DNA of 64,000 bases from an uncultured Anaerolineaceae bacterium (GTDB lineage: Bacteria; Chloroflexota; Limnocylindria; Limnocylindrales; CSP1-4), in the NCBI GenBank assembly GCA_964518505.1, contig CAZFGT010000004.1:29114-93113 (forward strand), written 5' to 3'. Under the pieces are notes generated by a model. It was given only the letters and a program-made list of their open reading frames with translations, was not told where the DNA came from and made no database searches. The position numbers and the translations under genes were made by a program. Below, piece after piece: positions 46,720-57,199 of the stretch (positions within the stretch are counted from its first letter, which is position 1; each line of letters starts with the position of its first letter).

Positions 46720-47626
46720 CCAGCACCAGCATGAAGAAGTACGCGGCCGGCGCGGCGAAGATGATGGAGTCGACGCGGTCGAGCATGCCGCCGTGACCTG
46801 GGATCAGGGCACCCGAGTCCTTCACGCTCGCCGCTCGTTTGAGCATCGATTCGGCGAGGTCCCCGACCTGGCCGACGAGGCCGATGAGGGCGCCGAAGAG
46901 CAGCGCACCCAGCGGGTTCTGCCCGGCCAGCACGAGCAGCACGAAGCTCACGATGGTCGCCGCGATCAGGCCCCCGGCGACTCCCTCGGCGGTCTTGCCG
47001 GGCGAGATGTGGGGCGCAAAATGGGTCCGTCCGAAGCGGCGGCCGACGAGGTAAGCGCCGCTGTCATAGGACCACACGGCGAGGATGGCGATGAGCAGCC
47101 AGATGCGGCCGCCGTCGAACCAGCCGCCCAGGGCGGCCCCGACCGGCAGGGCCGCCGCGCTCTGCACGATGAGCAGGAGGAAGCCCAGCAGGCTCACGTA
47201 GAGCGCCCCGAAGACCGTGGCGATCCACGCCTGCAGCCCGGCGAAGGGGTCGGTCCGCAGCATGGCCGCGACCGCCGCGACCACGACGCCGATGGCCACG
47301 AAGAGGACAGGCACCGCGGTGAGGTCGGCGAAGAGCCACATGCCCGCGACGATGACCAGCGCCACGGCCGTGCCCAGCAGGGGCTCGTTCACATACCCGG
47401 CCAGGCGCAGCAGGGCGAACGTCTCCCACGCCGCCAGCGCAGTGACCAGCAGGACGAGCAGGCCCAGCCACGGCAGCCCGGCCCACCAGATGACCAGCAC
47501 GACCGGTACGAGGGCGGCCGCGCTCGCCACCCGCGTGCGCAGCACGGCCGAGGCCGGGTTACCGGCCGAATCGGCGCGAGCGCGTCGCGAAATCGGCCAG
47601 GGCGGTATCGAGAGCCGTCGAGTCAA
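46706..47626 (-). CDS. cdsA: Phosphatidate cytidylyltransferase
   Basis: Polytopic membrane protein; C-terminal ...SMLKRAASVKDSGALIPGHGGMLDRVDS... CdsA signature. Confidence 0.85.
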   Translation of the reverse strand: MTRRLSIPPWPISRRARADSAGNPASAVLRTRVASAAALVPVVLVIWWAGLPWLGLLVLLVTALAAWETFALLRLAGYVNEPLLGTAVALVIVAGMWLFADLTAVPVLFVAIGVVVAAVAAMLRTDPFAGLQAWIATVFGALYVSLLGFLLLIVQSAAALPVGAALGGWFDGGRIWLLIAILAVWSYDSGAYLVGRRFGRTHFAPHISPGKTAEGVAGGLIAATIVSFVLLVLAGQNPLGALLFGALIGLVGQVGDLAESMLKRAASVKDSGALIPGHGGMLDRVDSIIFAAPAAYFFMLVLGAFR

Positions 47627-48296
47627 AGTCGGGCCAGAACGTGTCGCAGAAATAGAACTCGGCGTAGGCGGCCTGCCAGATGAGGAAGTTGCTCAGGCGC
47701 TGGTCGCCACCGGTGCGGATCACGAGGTCCGGTTCGGGCAGGTCCATCGTGTAGAGGCGCGCGGCGAGCGACGCTTCGTCGATCTGATCCGGCCGCAGGC
47801 CGTCCACCACGCACCGTCGCGCGGCGTCCACGAGCTCGGAGCGGCCGGAGTAGTTGAACGCCACGTTGAGCGTGAGGCGGGTGCCATCGGCAGTGGCGGC
47901 GACGGCTTCCTGGATGGCCTGCTGGGTGCCGGCCGGCAGTTCGTCGAGGCGGCCTAGCACGCGCACCCGGGCGCCGCTGCGACGCAGCTCGGGCGTCTCA
48001 TCGCGGATGGCCTGGCCCATCAACTCGAGCAGGGTCTGGACCTCCGGGTCGGGCCGGGCCCAGTTCTCGCGGCTGAAGGCGTACAGCGACAGGACCTCCA
48101 CGCCCCGCTCCGTGGCACGGCGGACGATGGGCCGGATCGCCTCGACGCCGGCCGCGTGGCCCTCGGCGGCCGAGAGGCCATGGTCGCGCGCCCAGCGGCG
48201 GTTGCCGTCCATGATGATCGCCACGTGACGCGGCACCGCATCGGCGTCCGAGCGTGGCTCGGCCGTCGGGGCGGCATCCGGCCGCACCACCGCCAC
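47559..48296 (-). CDS. uppS: Isoprenyl transferase (undecaprenyl diphosphate synthase)
   Basis: PRHVAIIMDGNRRWA..., ...AFSRENW..., ...RTGGDQRLSNFLIWQAAYAEFYF.... GTG start overlaps the frr stop; the upstream 240 codons of the ORF-track call are R/G-rich overlap. Confidence 0.85.
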   Translation of the reverse strand: MAVVRPDAAPTAEPRSDADAVPRHVAIIMDGNRRWARDHGLSAAEGHAAGVEAIRPIVRRATERGVEVLSLYAFSRENWARPDPEVQTLLELMGQAIRDETPELRRSGARVRVLGRLDELPAGTQQAIQEAVAATADGTRLTLNVAFNYSGRSELVDAARRCVVDGLRPDQIDEASLAARLYTMDLPEPDLVIRTGGDQRLSNFLIWQAAYAEFYFCDTFWPDFDSTALDTALADFATRSRRFGR

Positions 48297-48853
48297 TAGA
48301 CCTCCAGGACCTCCTGCTCCTTGAGCTTGCCCAGGCGGTCCACCTCGGCGGTCCAGCGGTCGGTGATGGCTTGAAGCTGCTCCTGGTCGCGCCGCAGATC
48401 GTCCGCGCCAAGCTCGCCGTCGCGCTCCTTGCGCCGCAGCTCGTCCGACACCTCGCGGCGGTGGCCGCGGATCTCCACCTTGGCTTCTTCCATCCGCCGG
48501 TGGACGGCCTTCACGAGGTCGCGGCGGCGCTCCTCGGTGAGGGCCGGGATATTGAGGCGCACGACGCTGCCGTCCACGTTGGGCACCAGGCCGATGTCGC
48601 TCTTCTGGATGGCCTTCTCGATGGCCCCCAGCGCGCTGCGGTCCCACGGCTGGATGACGATCTGGTGGGCCTCCGGCACGCTGATGCCGGCGATCTGGTT
48701 GAGGGCCATCTGGGTGCCGTACTGCTCGACCTGGATGCGCTCGACGAGGGCCGTCGAGGCACGACCGGTCCGATAGCCCTGCAGATCCCGCTCCATGGCC
48801 TCGACCGCGCGGCCCATGCGCCCGTCGAGGCCCCCCAGGTCGGCGTTGCTCAT
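48296..48853 (-). CDS. frr: Ribosome recycling factor
   Basis: ...[44 protein letters not shown].... Confidence 0.9.
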   Translation of the reverse strand: MSNADLGGLDGRMGRAVEAMERDLQGYRTGRASTALVERIQVEQYGTQMALNQIAGISVPEAHQIVIQPWDRSALGAIEKAIQKSDIGLVPNVDGSVVRLNIPALTEERRRDLVKAVHRRMEEAKVEIRGHRREVSDELRRKERDGELGADDLRRDQEQLQAITDRWTAEVDRLGKLKEQEVLEV

Positions 48854-49628
48854 TCGGCTGTGCCTCCATCGATGCGCGTGCCGACATGTTCCCCCAGGGC
48901 CACCCGGCTGATGTTGCCGGCCCGATGCAGGTCGAAGACGACGATCGGCAGGCCGTTCTCCATACACAGCGAGACGGCCGTGGCATCCAGGACCTGCAGG
49001 CGGTCCTGGAGCACATCGCTGAACGTCAGGTGCTCATGGCGGATCGCGTCGGGGTGGGTCAGCGGATCGGCGTCGTAGACCCCGTCGACCTTGGTCGCCT
49101 TGAGCATGACCTCAGCGCCGATCTCCACCGCCCGCAGCGCCGCTGCGGTGTCGGTCGTGAAGTACGGGTTGCCCGTGCCGGCGGCGAAGATGACGACGCG
49201 GCCCTTCTCCAGGTGCCGCACCGCGCGCCGCCGGATGTACGGCTCGGCCACCTCGTTCATGGCGATGGCCGACATGACGCGCGTCTGCACGCCCGCCTTC
49301 TCCAGCGCATCCTGCAGCGCCAGGCCGTTCATGACGGTCGCCAGCATGCCCATGTAGTCGCCCGTGGCCCGGTCCATGCCGCGCGCCGCGGCGGCCATGC
49401 CGCGGAAGATATTGCCGCCGCCGACCACCACGGCGACCTCCACGCCCGCCGCCTGCACATCGCCGATCTGCTTGGCGATGAAGCTCGTGACGGCCGGGTC
49501 GACCCCGTACTGGCGGTCGCCCAGGAGCGCCTCGCCCGAGATCTTGAGCAGGATACGGCTGTAGCGCAGCGCGCCCGCCTTGCCCGTGACGCGCGGGGCG
49601 CCCGCGATGACGCCGGTCGGGGCGTCGC

Positions 49629-49632
<4 letters not shown>
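48850..49632 (-). CDS. pyrH: UMP kinase
   Basis: [13 protein letters not shown]...[11 protein letters not shown].... GTG start overlaps the tsf stop (GTGA). Confidence 0.9.
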
Positions 49633-50237
<605 letters not shown>

Positions 50238-50291
50238 GCGGGTGTGATCCTCAGGGTCGCGCGGTGGCGTGGGCGGTTCGTCGCATGGGGC

Positions 50292-51227
50292 TCAGGCGAC
50301 CGGGGCGTCGGCCTCGTCCACCTCTTCGGGCGGCACGTCGACCGGGCGGTGCGGGCGGGCGTCCGGCGCACGGCCGTGGACGGGCAGCAGGGCCTCCTCG
50401 TCCTCTTCCGCGTCCGGGGCGAAGGAAAGCGACTGACCAGCGGCAAGCTGCGCCAGCAGCGCGTCACTCGCCTCGGAGGGCGCCTCCTCCGCGCGTTCCT
50501 CGTAGAGGTCCTCTTCCACCACCTCGGTCTCGGCGCGGGCAGCCCGCTCACGGGAGCCCTCCTCGGCCGCGTCGGCGACGAGCGTGCACAGGAGGCGGAT
50601 GGCCCGGATGGCGTCGTCGTTGGCGGGGATGATGTAGTCCAGGAGGTCCGGGTCCACGTTGGTGTCACCGGTGCCGATGACCGGGATCTCCAGCTTGCGT
50701 GCCTCGACGACGGCGATGTGCTCGCGGTGCGGGTCGATGACGAAGAGCGCCCCCGGCACGCGCTTCATGCGGCGCATGCCGCCCAGGGTGCGCTGGAGGC
50801 GGGTCATCTCGTCGGTGAGCTTGGAGGCCTCCTTCTTGGAGAGCCGCTCGAAGTCACCGTTGGCCTGCCGCGCCTCGAGCTGATCGAGCAGGGCGAGGCG
50901 CTTGCGGATGGTCACGAAGTTGGTGAGCATGCCGCCGAGCCAACGCTGGTTGACGTAGGGCTGGCCGGCGCGCGTGGCCTCGTCGGCGATCGGCTCCTGG
51001 GCCTGCTTCTTGGTGCCCACGAAGAGGATCGAGTCGCCGTGGGCGACCGTCTCGCGAGCGAAGGCGAGGGCCGTATCGAGACGCTTGACGGTCTGCGCCA
51101 GGTCGATGATGTGGATGCCGTTGCGCTCGGCGAAGATGAACGGCTTCATCTTCGGGTTCCAGCGGCGGGTCTGGTGGCCGAAGTGGACGCCGGCCTCCAG
51201 CAGCTGGCGCATCGAGACAGAGGACAT
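50292..51227 (-). CDS. rpsB: 30S ribosomal protein S2 with acidic C-terminal extension
   Basis: [38 protein letters not shown]...; 311 aa with an E/D/A-rich tail. Confidence 0.9.
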   Translation of the reverse strand: MSSVSMRQLLEAGVHFGHQTRRWNPKMKPFIFAERNGIHIIDLAQTVKRLDTALAFARETVAHGDSILFVGTKKQAQEPIADEATRAGQPYVNQRWLGGMLTNFVTIRKRLALLDQLEARQANGDFERLSKKEASKLTDEMTRLQRTLGGMRRMKRVPGALFVIDPHREHIAVVEARKLEIPVIGTGDTNVDPDLLDYIIPANDDAIRAIRLLCTLVADAAEEGSRERAARAETEVVEEDLYEERAEEAPSEASDALLAQLAAGQSLSFAPDAEEDEEALLPVHGRAPDARPHRPVDVPPEEVDEADAPVA

Positions 51228-51394
51228 GGGGTGGAGCGCCTCCTGACCGGGTTGTGACCTCCGCGCGCCTCGTGATCGCGGACCGGGGCCCTTCCTGAGG
51301 CTTCCGGCACCCCCGCGGGAGCGACGCGCGTGCGTGATCGACCGCTGCCACGCACCGTGGCGGGGGTCGTGGTCGCCCTGCGGCGGCCGGGCCG

Positions 51395-51405
51395 CAGTCT
51401 AGCAC
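51395..51405 (-). promoter_or_regulatory. rpsB promoter extended -10 (TGTGCTAGACT), implying a ~170-nt 5' UTR
   Basis: Minus-strand GGCCTGTGCTAGACTGCGGCC; 16/16 identity with the rpsO promoter core. Confidence 0.35.
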
Positions 51406-51646
51406 AGGCCCCTGCCCGGCCCGGCCCTGGAGTGGACGCCGGTGGCCTGTGCCGGCGATGAACACCCGATGTTCATTGCAAGGACGGCACGGACCGCCTT
51501 GGCCGGCTCGAGCCCCCGCCTCCGCCGTGCCGAACGTGGGACGCACGATACGGGCGCCGAGCGGGCTCGATCCGCCCGTTGGGCGGACAAGCGCACCAGT
51601 GCGTCCCCGTTGTGAACGCCTGGCGCACAGCCGGGCGCCGACACGC

Positions 51647-52063
51647 TTACGGGGGCAGCACCGCGCGCATATGTCGGATCCGAGGGCCCCTGGACGGCGG
51701 GTCGCCGACGGCGACGTCCAACTCCACCGCGACGAGATCGACACGCCACGACAGCGGGGGCAGCCGGGTCCCGTCCGGCAGCCGACCGACCCGGCGCAGG
51801 GCACCCATGGCCCGGTAGCAGTGCATCACCTTGGCCTGGTCGACGCTGGCCTCGGGCGGGCCGAAACGGGTCGACGACCGGCTGCGGACCTCCACCGCGA
51901 CGAAGGTCGCCGGTGGGCCCGGATCGAGGGCCACGATATCCACCTCGTCTCGGCCCACGCGGACCTGGCGGCCCAGGATCCGCCAGCCGAGTCCTGTCAG
52001 GTAATGCGCCGCGGCGCTCTCGCCCAGGCCACCGTGCACCTGCCGGACGGTCGCTCGAGCCAC
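51647..52063 (-). CDS. YraN family (UPF0102) putative endonuclease
   Basis: ...GESAAAHYLTGLGWRILGRQVRVGRDEVDIVALD...FVAVEVRSR.... Start uncertain (V codon at 52063 chosen to avoid rnhB overlap). Confidence 0.55.
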   Translation of the reverse strand: MARATVRQVHGGLGESAAAHYLTGLGWRILGRQVRVGRDEVDIVALDPGPPATFVAVEVRSRSSTRFGPPEASVDQAKVMHCYRAMGALRRVGRLPDGTRLPPLSWRVDLVAVELDVAVGDPPSRGPRIRHMRAVLPP

Positions 52064-52097
52064 CGCCGCAGGATGACGACCGTTGCTTGGCGCGCGC

Positions 52098-52835
52098 TTA
52101 TCCGGCGGGCCACAGCTCCGTCTGCTCGGCCGCCGGAGCATCGATGCAGGTGCCGAACGTCCGTCGGTGGATGGGGGTGATCCCCAGGCTCTCGATGGCC
52201 GCGCGGTGTTCGGGCGCGGCATAGCCCTTGTGCTCGGCGAAGCCATAGCCCGGGTAGCGCTCGTCGTAGGCCACCATCAGGGCGTCGCGATAGACCTTGG
52301 CCACGACCGAGGCGGCCGCCACGGACAGACAACGCCGGTCAGCGTCGATGAGGACCCGCTGCGGCAGCCCGATGTCGGGCAGGTGGAGCGAGTCGGTGAT
52401 GAGGGCGTCCGGGCGCACCGGCAGGCGGGCCGCGGCGAGCATCGAGGCCAGCAGGGTCGCCTGGAGGATGTTGATGCGGTCGATCAGCGAGGCCTCGACG
52501 CTCGCCACGGCCCACGCGATGGCGCCGTCGCGGATGCACGCGGCGAGCCGTTCGCGCTCGGGAGCGTCGAGCATCTTCGAGTCACGCAGGCCGGGGCACG
52601 TCCAGCCGGGCCGCAGGATCACCGCGCCGGCCACGACCGGACCGGCCAGGCACCCGCGACCGACCTCGTCGATGCCCGCCACCAGCCGCAGGCCTGACTG
52701 CCGCAGGGCGTCCTCTTCGAGATCGTCGGGGTCCAGCTGAAGGCGCAGGCCGGCCGGGACGGTGGCGCGGCCGCCAGCAGAGTAGAAGGTCGGGAAGGAG
52801 TCGCGGTGGGGGACGGGCTTCCGGACGGTGGCCAC
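52098..52835 (-). CDS. rnhB: Ribonuclease HII
   Basis: VAGIDEVGRGCLAGPVVAGAV... and DSKML motifs. Confidence 0.85.
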   Translation of the reverse strand: MATVRKPVPHRDSFPTFYSAGGRATVPAGLRLQLDPDDLEEDALRQSGLRLVAGIDEVGRGCLAGPVVAGAVILRPGWTCPGLRDSKMLDAPERERLAACIRDGAIAWAVASVEASLIDRINILQATLLASMLAAARLPVRPDALITDSLHLPDIGLPQRVLIDADRRCLSVAAASVVAKVYRDALMVAYDERYPGYGFAEHKGYAAPEHRAAIESLGITPIHRRTFGTCIDAPAAEQTELWPAG

Positions 52836-52849
52836 GCCCTCCCCTGCCG

Positions 52850-53197
52850 TCAGCTCGGGCGGCGCTCGCGCAGGGTGGCGGCCTTGCCCACCCGCTTGCG
52901 CAGGAAATAGAGCTGCTGGCGGCGGGCGACGCCGTGCCGCACGACCTCGACTTTCTCGATGCGCGGTGAGTTGATCTTGAAGGTGCGCTCCACGCCCACG
53001 CCGCTCCGCACTGCGCGCACGGTCATGGAGCGGGTGATCCCCCCGCCGCGCAGGCGCATGACGGTGCCTTCGAAGACCTGGATGCGCTCGCGGTTACCTT
53101 CCACGACCTTGGCCGACACACGCACGGTGTCACCCGACGCGAGCTCGGGCAGGTCGGTGCGGATCTGGTCGGCGGTGACGTCGTCGAGGAGGCTCAT
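52850..53197 (-). CDS. rplS: 50S ribosomal protein L19
   Basis: MSLLDDVTADQIRTDLPELASGDTVRVSAKVVEGNRERIQVFEGTVMRLRGGG...; real start at Met-72 of the ORF-track call. Confidence 0.9.
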   Translation of the reverse strand: MSLLDDVTADQIRTDLPELASGDTVRVSAKVVEGNRERIQVFEGTVMRLRGGGITRSMTVRAVRSGVGVERTFKINSPRIEKVEVVRHGVARRQQLYFLRKRVGKAATLRERRPS

Positions 53198-53244
53198 GGG
53201 CAGGGCACACTCTGATGAGATGTATCGGTGGGGTGCGGCTGGCG

Positions 53245-53253
53245 AGTATAGCA
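53245..53253 (-). promoter_or_regulatory. rplS promoter extended -10 (TGCTATACT)
   Basis: Minus-strand cccTTGCTATACTCGCC 48 nt upstream of the rplS ATG. Confidence 0.3.
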
Positions 53254-53265
53254 AGGGACCGTCGG

Positions 53266-54357
53266 TCAGGGCTGGTGGTAGGGCACTTCGACCAGCGAGA
53301 TCTGCCCGCCGACGTCGGCGATGTCGAAGGCCACGACCACATGGGGCGACGCGCCGCCACTGTCGCCGATGACGCCGCCCAGCCATGTCCCACCGGACGG
53401 CGGTGGGCATGGCGCCGGCGTTGGAGCGTCCGACGCGAACCCAGGGCAGCCAACGAGCAGCTGGCCGGCGACGCCGAGCCCGCCTACCGTCGCCTGGCGC
53501 TCACCCAGCGTCGCGGTCGCCAGGTCAAGCACCTGGTCGCAGAGCGTCCACGACAGCTGGGCACAACCCACGCCGGGGTCATAGGCCGGGGCGACCCCCT
53601 GGGCGGCCCGGGTCACCGCGCCAGCAGCGACGGTGAAGGTGACCGAGGGGCCGCTCGTCACCAGGGTCCCGTTCGTGGCGGTAGGCCCGCGGTCCTCCAT
53701 CACGAAGGTTCCGGCCCCCGCGTTCGACCGCAAAGCGACAAGGCACTCGGAGACAGGATGGATGGGAGCGGGTGTCGTGTTCGGTGGGCGCGCGCTGCCG
53801 CCGACGTGCGCCGCCGTGTATAGCGTCCGGGCCAGGCTACCGAGGCAGAATGACGGGTCACCGTCGATCTGGGCCCGGGAGATGGCCGCCCAGACACCGG
53901 GGTCCGGGCCCTCGTTCTGGGTGGATGGCGCGACCGGGATCGTCCGCCAGTCCCGCATCAAGGTCAGGCTGCACAGCTGGCGCAGCCATTCGTCCGCGAG
54001 GAAGGCGCAGTCGGCAGGCGTGGAGACCGTGCGCGGACCCTCGAGAGGGGTCCCGGTGCCTCCCGACTGGGCGATCACATACGGCGCGTAGCCGTTGCCG
54101 GAGGGCGTCGCTGACGGGGTCGGCGCGGGCGAGCTCGGCGTGGTCGGCGGTCCCGACACCACGCCCAGCCAGAACGCGGCGGTCAGGAGCAGGGCGACCC
54201 CGACCGTGGCCGCGAGCAGGCTCGCCGACCGCCACCACGGTCGACGGGAGGCTCGCTCCGGCAGGCCGGCCATGATCTGGTCCACCAGTTCGCCGGGCAT
54301 GGACGACGCGGGTCCCTCGTGGCGCATCGCTGCCCCGACCCGCTCCTCGAGGTTCAT
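53266..54357 (-). CDS. Anti-sigma factor-like membrane protein (partner of adjacent ECF sigma)
   Basis: Start overlaps the sigma stop (ATGA). Cytoplasmic N-term, TM SLLAATVGVALLLTAAFWLGVV, PT-rich linker, Cys-containing extracytoplasmic domain. Confidence 0.6.
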   Translation of the reverse strand: MNLEERVGAAMRHEGPASSMPGELVDQIMAGLPERASRRPWWRSASLLAATVGVALLLTAAFWLGVVSGPPTTPSSPAPTPSATPSGNGYAPYVIAQSGGTGTPLEGPRTVSTPADCAFLADEWLRQLCSLTLMRDWRTIPVAPSTQNEGPDPGVWAAISRAQIDGDPSFCLGSLARTLYTAAHVGGSARPPNTTPAPIHPVSECLVALRSNAGAGTFVMEDRGPTATNGTLVTSGPSVTFTVAAGAVTRAAQGVAPAYDPGVGCAQLSWTLCDQVLDLATATLGERQATVGGLGVAGQLLVGCPGFASDAPTPAPCPPPSGGTWLGGVIGDSGGASPHVVVAFDIADVGGQISLVEVPYHQP

Positions 54358-54878
54358 GACGCTGCCTCGAGCGCGGTGCCCACGCGGGCGAGCACGCGGT
54401 GCAAGCGAGATTTGGCGGTCCCGATGGGGATCTTCATGGCGTCGGCGACGCCCTGGACATCAAGGTCCTCGCCGAAGCGGAGGACGAGCAGCGCTCGATC
54501 AGCCGCGGAAAGGTCGACGAGCGCTCGCCGCACCCGGTCCTCGTCTGCCACCCGAGCCTCGCTGTCATCGGCACCCGGCGCGTCCTGCTCAACGAGCGCG
54601 ACCTCGCGGACTCGATGGGGTCGCCGGGCGCGATCCAGGGCTGCGTGCACGACCAGGCGGCGGAACCAGGCCGGCCAACGATCGACGGACCGGAGGTCGG
54701 GCAGGTCCAGCCAGGCCCGCAGGAAGGCATCCTGCACGGCATCCTCGCCATCGGGCACCGAGTGCAGGATGGCAGTCGCCAGGCGCAGGGCGGCGGGGCC
54801 CTCCTCCTCGACGAGTGAGCGAAACGCCTCCCGGTCACCCGCCTGCGCCGCCATGACCAGCCCCTCGCGCATCGGCAT
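54354..54878 (-). CDS. ECF RNA polymerase sigma factor
   Basis: Region 2 ...GEDAVQDAFLRAWLDL... and region 4 ...LDVQGVADAMKIPIGTAKSRLHRVL.... GGGAAC -35-like element ~40 nt upstream. Confidence 0.85.
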   Translation of the reverse strand: MPMREGLVMAAQAGDREAFRSLVEEEGPAALRLATAILHSVPDGEDAVQDAFLRAWLDLPDLRSVDRWPAWFRRLVVHAALDRARRPHRVREVALVEQDAPGADDSEARVADEDRVRRALVDLSAADRALLVLRFGEDLDVQGVADAMKIPIGTAKSRLHRVLARVGTALEAAS

Positions 54879-54931
54879 CCCATCGAGTATGGCGAGCCAG
54901 GGGCTGAAAACGTTCCCTTGGGTCGGTACTG

Positions 54932-55603
54932 CTACTCCCTGAGCAGATCCGGACGCGCCCGCTCGGTCCGGGCCCGCGCCTGTTCGCGCCGCCAGCGGTC
55001 GACCGCGCCGTGATCGCCGCTGACGAGGATGTCCGGCACGCGCTGGCCCTCGAACTCCGGCGGGCGCGTGTACTGCGGGTACTCCAGGAGGCCCTCGGCG
55101 AATGACTCCTCCACCGGGGACGCGGCGTCGATGGCGCCCGGCAGGAGCCGGATCAGGGCGTCGGCCACGACCATGGCCGGCAGGTCGCCGCCGGAGAGGA
55201 CGAAGTCGCCGATCGACAGCTCCAGGTCCACCAGCCCTCGGACACGCTCGTCGACGCCCTCATACCGGGGGCAGACCAGGATGAGGTGCGTCGCAGTGGC
55301 CAATTCGCGGGCGCGCGCCTGGCGGAACGGCTCGCCGCCCGGGTCGAAGAGGATCGCCGTGCTGCGTGGGGTGCGGAGCACCTTGAGGGCCGCGGCGATC
55401 GGTTCGGGACGCAGGACCATGCCCGCGCCGCCCCCGTACGGGTAGTCGTCCACCGACCGATGGCGGCCGAGGCCCCATTCGCGCAGGTCATGCGCCTGAA
55501 GCTCGACCAGCCCCTGCTCGAGCGCCCGGCCCACGATGCTCGCGCCGAGCGGCCCCGGGTAGAGCTCCGGGAAGAGCGTGATGATGTCGATGCGGAGGGT
55601 CAT
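54932..55603 (-). CDS. trmD: tRNA (guanine37-N1)-methyltransferase
   Basis: [43 protein letters not shown]...[11 protein letters not shown]...; true start at Met-85 of the ORF-track call. Confidence 0.9.
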   Translation of the reverse strand: MTLRIDIITLFPELYPGPLGASIVGRALEQGLVELQAHDLREWGLGRHRSVDDYPYGGGAGMVLRPEPIAAALKVLRTPRSTAILFDPGGEPFRQARARELATATHLILVCPRYEGVDERVRGLVDLELSIGDFVLSGGDLPAMVVADALIRLLPGAIDAASPVEESFAEGLLEYPQYTRPPEFEGQRVPDILVSGDHGAVDRWRREQARARTERARPDLLRE

Positions 55604-56032
55604 GCTCGCATCGTAGTCGGCTCGGGCGCGCGCCAACCGTGAGGTCGGCCTGGCGGCCCGGCCGTCCCACGTCTCACCAGCCTGACTGGTGGTATGCGCG
55701 AGATCCGTCCGGAAGAGGGCCTTGACGGCCTGTTTCGAGCGTGCCGCGAGCCCCGAGCGCCTCCCACTTGCGCATACCACCAACCCTGATGGGGCGCAGG
55801 GGAAAGCGTTCGGCGAGGCGGGCACAGCGGAGAGCACCTGGAGGGGCCACATCAAAGGTGGCTAACGGCGAAGATCGAGGCGATCCGATGCCTTCACGGG
55901 CATGTTCGTCGCCGCAGCTGACGCCTGACGCACGAATCCGGCGTAGGAACCGGCCGGTCAGGGGCCGACCGTCGTCGATAGCCACCCTTTGGGTGGACGC
56001 CGCGCTGCGCGGCCCGCCGTCCGCGCGGCCGG

Positions 56033-56668
56033 TCACTCCTCCGGTGGAGCAGGCTCGGCTGAAGCCTCTGGCCTAACCTCGGGCGCTGCCTCCGGGGGCG
56101 TTTCGGCGGGGCGGATCGCGGGCCGGCCGAGCCGGGATGAGCGTCGGCCGCGCGGCCGCCGGACCCGCAGCGGGCCCAGGTCCAGCGCGTCGGGATCCAC
56201 GACGATGCGCCCGTCGCGCGGCGCGAACTCGACGACGACCGCGCGGACGAGCGGCACGAGGACCTCGCCGCGGGGGCCGCCCGTCACGACCAGGACCTCG
56301 CTGCCACCGGTGCGGAAGACGTCGGCGGCGGTGCCCAGTACCTCCCCGTCGGTGGCCGTCACGGTGGCCCCCGGCAGCTCGTGCCAGTAGACGCTGCCGT
56401 CGGGCAGTGTGGCAGGATCGCCCTCCGCCTCCAGGTAGCGGCCGACGAGCCCTTCGACCGACTCCCGGCGCGTCAGGCGGGCGAAGCGCACGAGGAGACC
56501 GGGCTTGTCGGCCTGGCTCCACATGACCGTCAGGCGGCGCGCCTCGCCCTCCAGGAGCAGGACGCTGCCCGGCGCGAAGCGCGCCTCGTCATCGGTCAGG
56601 ACCTCCACCCGGACGGCACCCCCCAGGCCGTGCACCCCCCGGATGCGGCCGACCGCGAGCCGCGCCAC
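56033..56668 (-). CDS. rimM: Ribosome maturation factor RimM
   Basis: LAVGRIRGVHGLGGAVRVEVLTDDEARF... N-terminal RimM barrel, PRC-like middle, extended P/E-rich tail. Confidence 0.85.
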   Translation of the reverse strand: MARLAVGRIRGVHGLGGAVRVEVLTDDEARFAPGSVLLLEGEARRLTVMWSQADKPGLLVRFARLTRRESVEGLVGRYLEAEGDPATLPDGSVYWHELPGATVTATDGEVLGTAADVFRTGGSEVLVVTGGPRGEVLVPLVRAVVVEFAPRDGRIVVDPDALDLGPLRVRRPRGRRSSRLGRPAIRPAETPPEAAPEVRPEASAEPAPPEE

Positions 56669-56673
56669 GCGGG

Positions 56674-56907
56674 CTAGACGATCTCCAGGGAGATCGACTC
56701 GCCTTCGCGGGCCGACATCACCTTGAGCAGGGTGCGCATGGCCTTGGCGACGCTGCCGTTGCGGCCGATGACCTTGCCCATGTCGTCCTCGGCGACGTGC
56801 AGCTCGATGACCGTCCCCTCCTGGTCCTCCTGCACGTCCACCTGGACCGCCGCGGGGTCGTCCACGAGGGACTTGGCGATGTACTCGACGAGTTCCCTGG
56901 CTGCCAT
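56674..56907 (-). CDS. KH-domain RNA-binding protein (UPF0109/YlqC)
   Basis: ...TVIELHVAEDDMGKVIGRNGSVAKAMRTLLK... between rpsP and rimM as in the canonical operon. Confidence 0.8.
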   Translation of the reverse strand: MAARELVEYIAKSLVDDPAAVQVDVQEDQEGTVIELHVAEDDMGKVIGRNGSVAKAMRTLLKVMSAREGESISLEIV

Positions 56908-56918
56908 CGACGCGTCCC

Positions 56919-57173
56919 CTACTTGGCGGTCGGCAGGATGCCGACCTTGCGGAACAGGCGCGCCACGGTGTCCGACGGCTGGGCGCCCTTGGCCAGCCAG
57001 GCCGAGGCCTTCTCGGCGTCGACCTCGATCGTCACGGGCTCCGCCCGCGGGTCGTAGTGCCCGATCGTCTCCAGCGAGCGCCCATCGCGCGCGCTGCGGC
57101 CATCGGCCACGACGAAGCGGTAGGTGGGGTGCTTGGTCGCCCCCACGCGAGTGAGACGGATGCGTACGGCCAC
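56919..57173 (-). CDS. rpsP: 30S ribosomal protein S16
   Basis: MAVRIRLTRVGATKHPTYRFVVADGRSARDGRSLETIGHYDP. Confidence 0.9.
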   Translation of the reverse strand: MAVRIRLTRVGATKHPTYRFVVADGRSARDGRSLETIGHYDPRAEPVTIEVDAEKASAWLAKGAQPSDTVARLFRKVGILPTAK

Positions 57174-57199
57174 GGGTGCTGGGCTCCTCCTCTTGGCGG

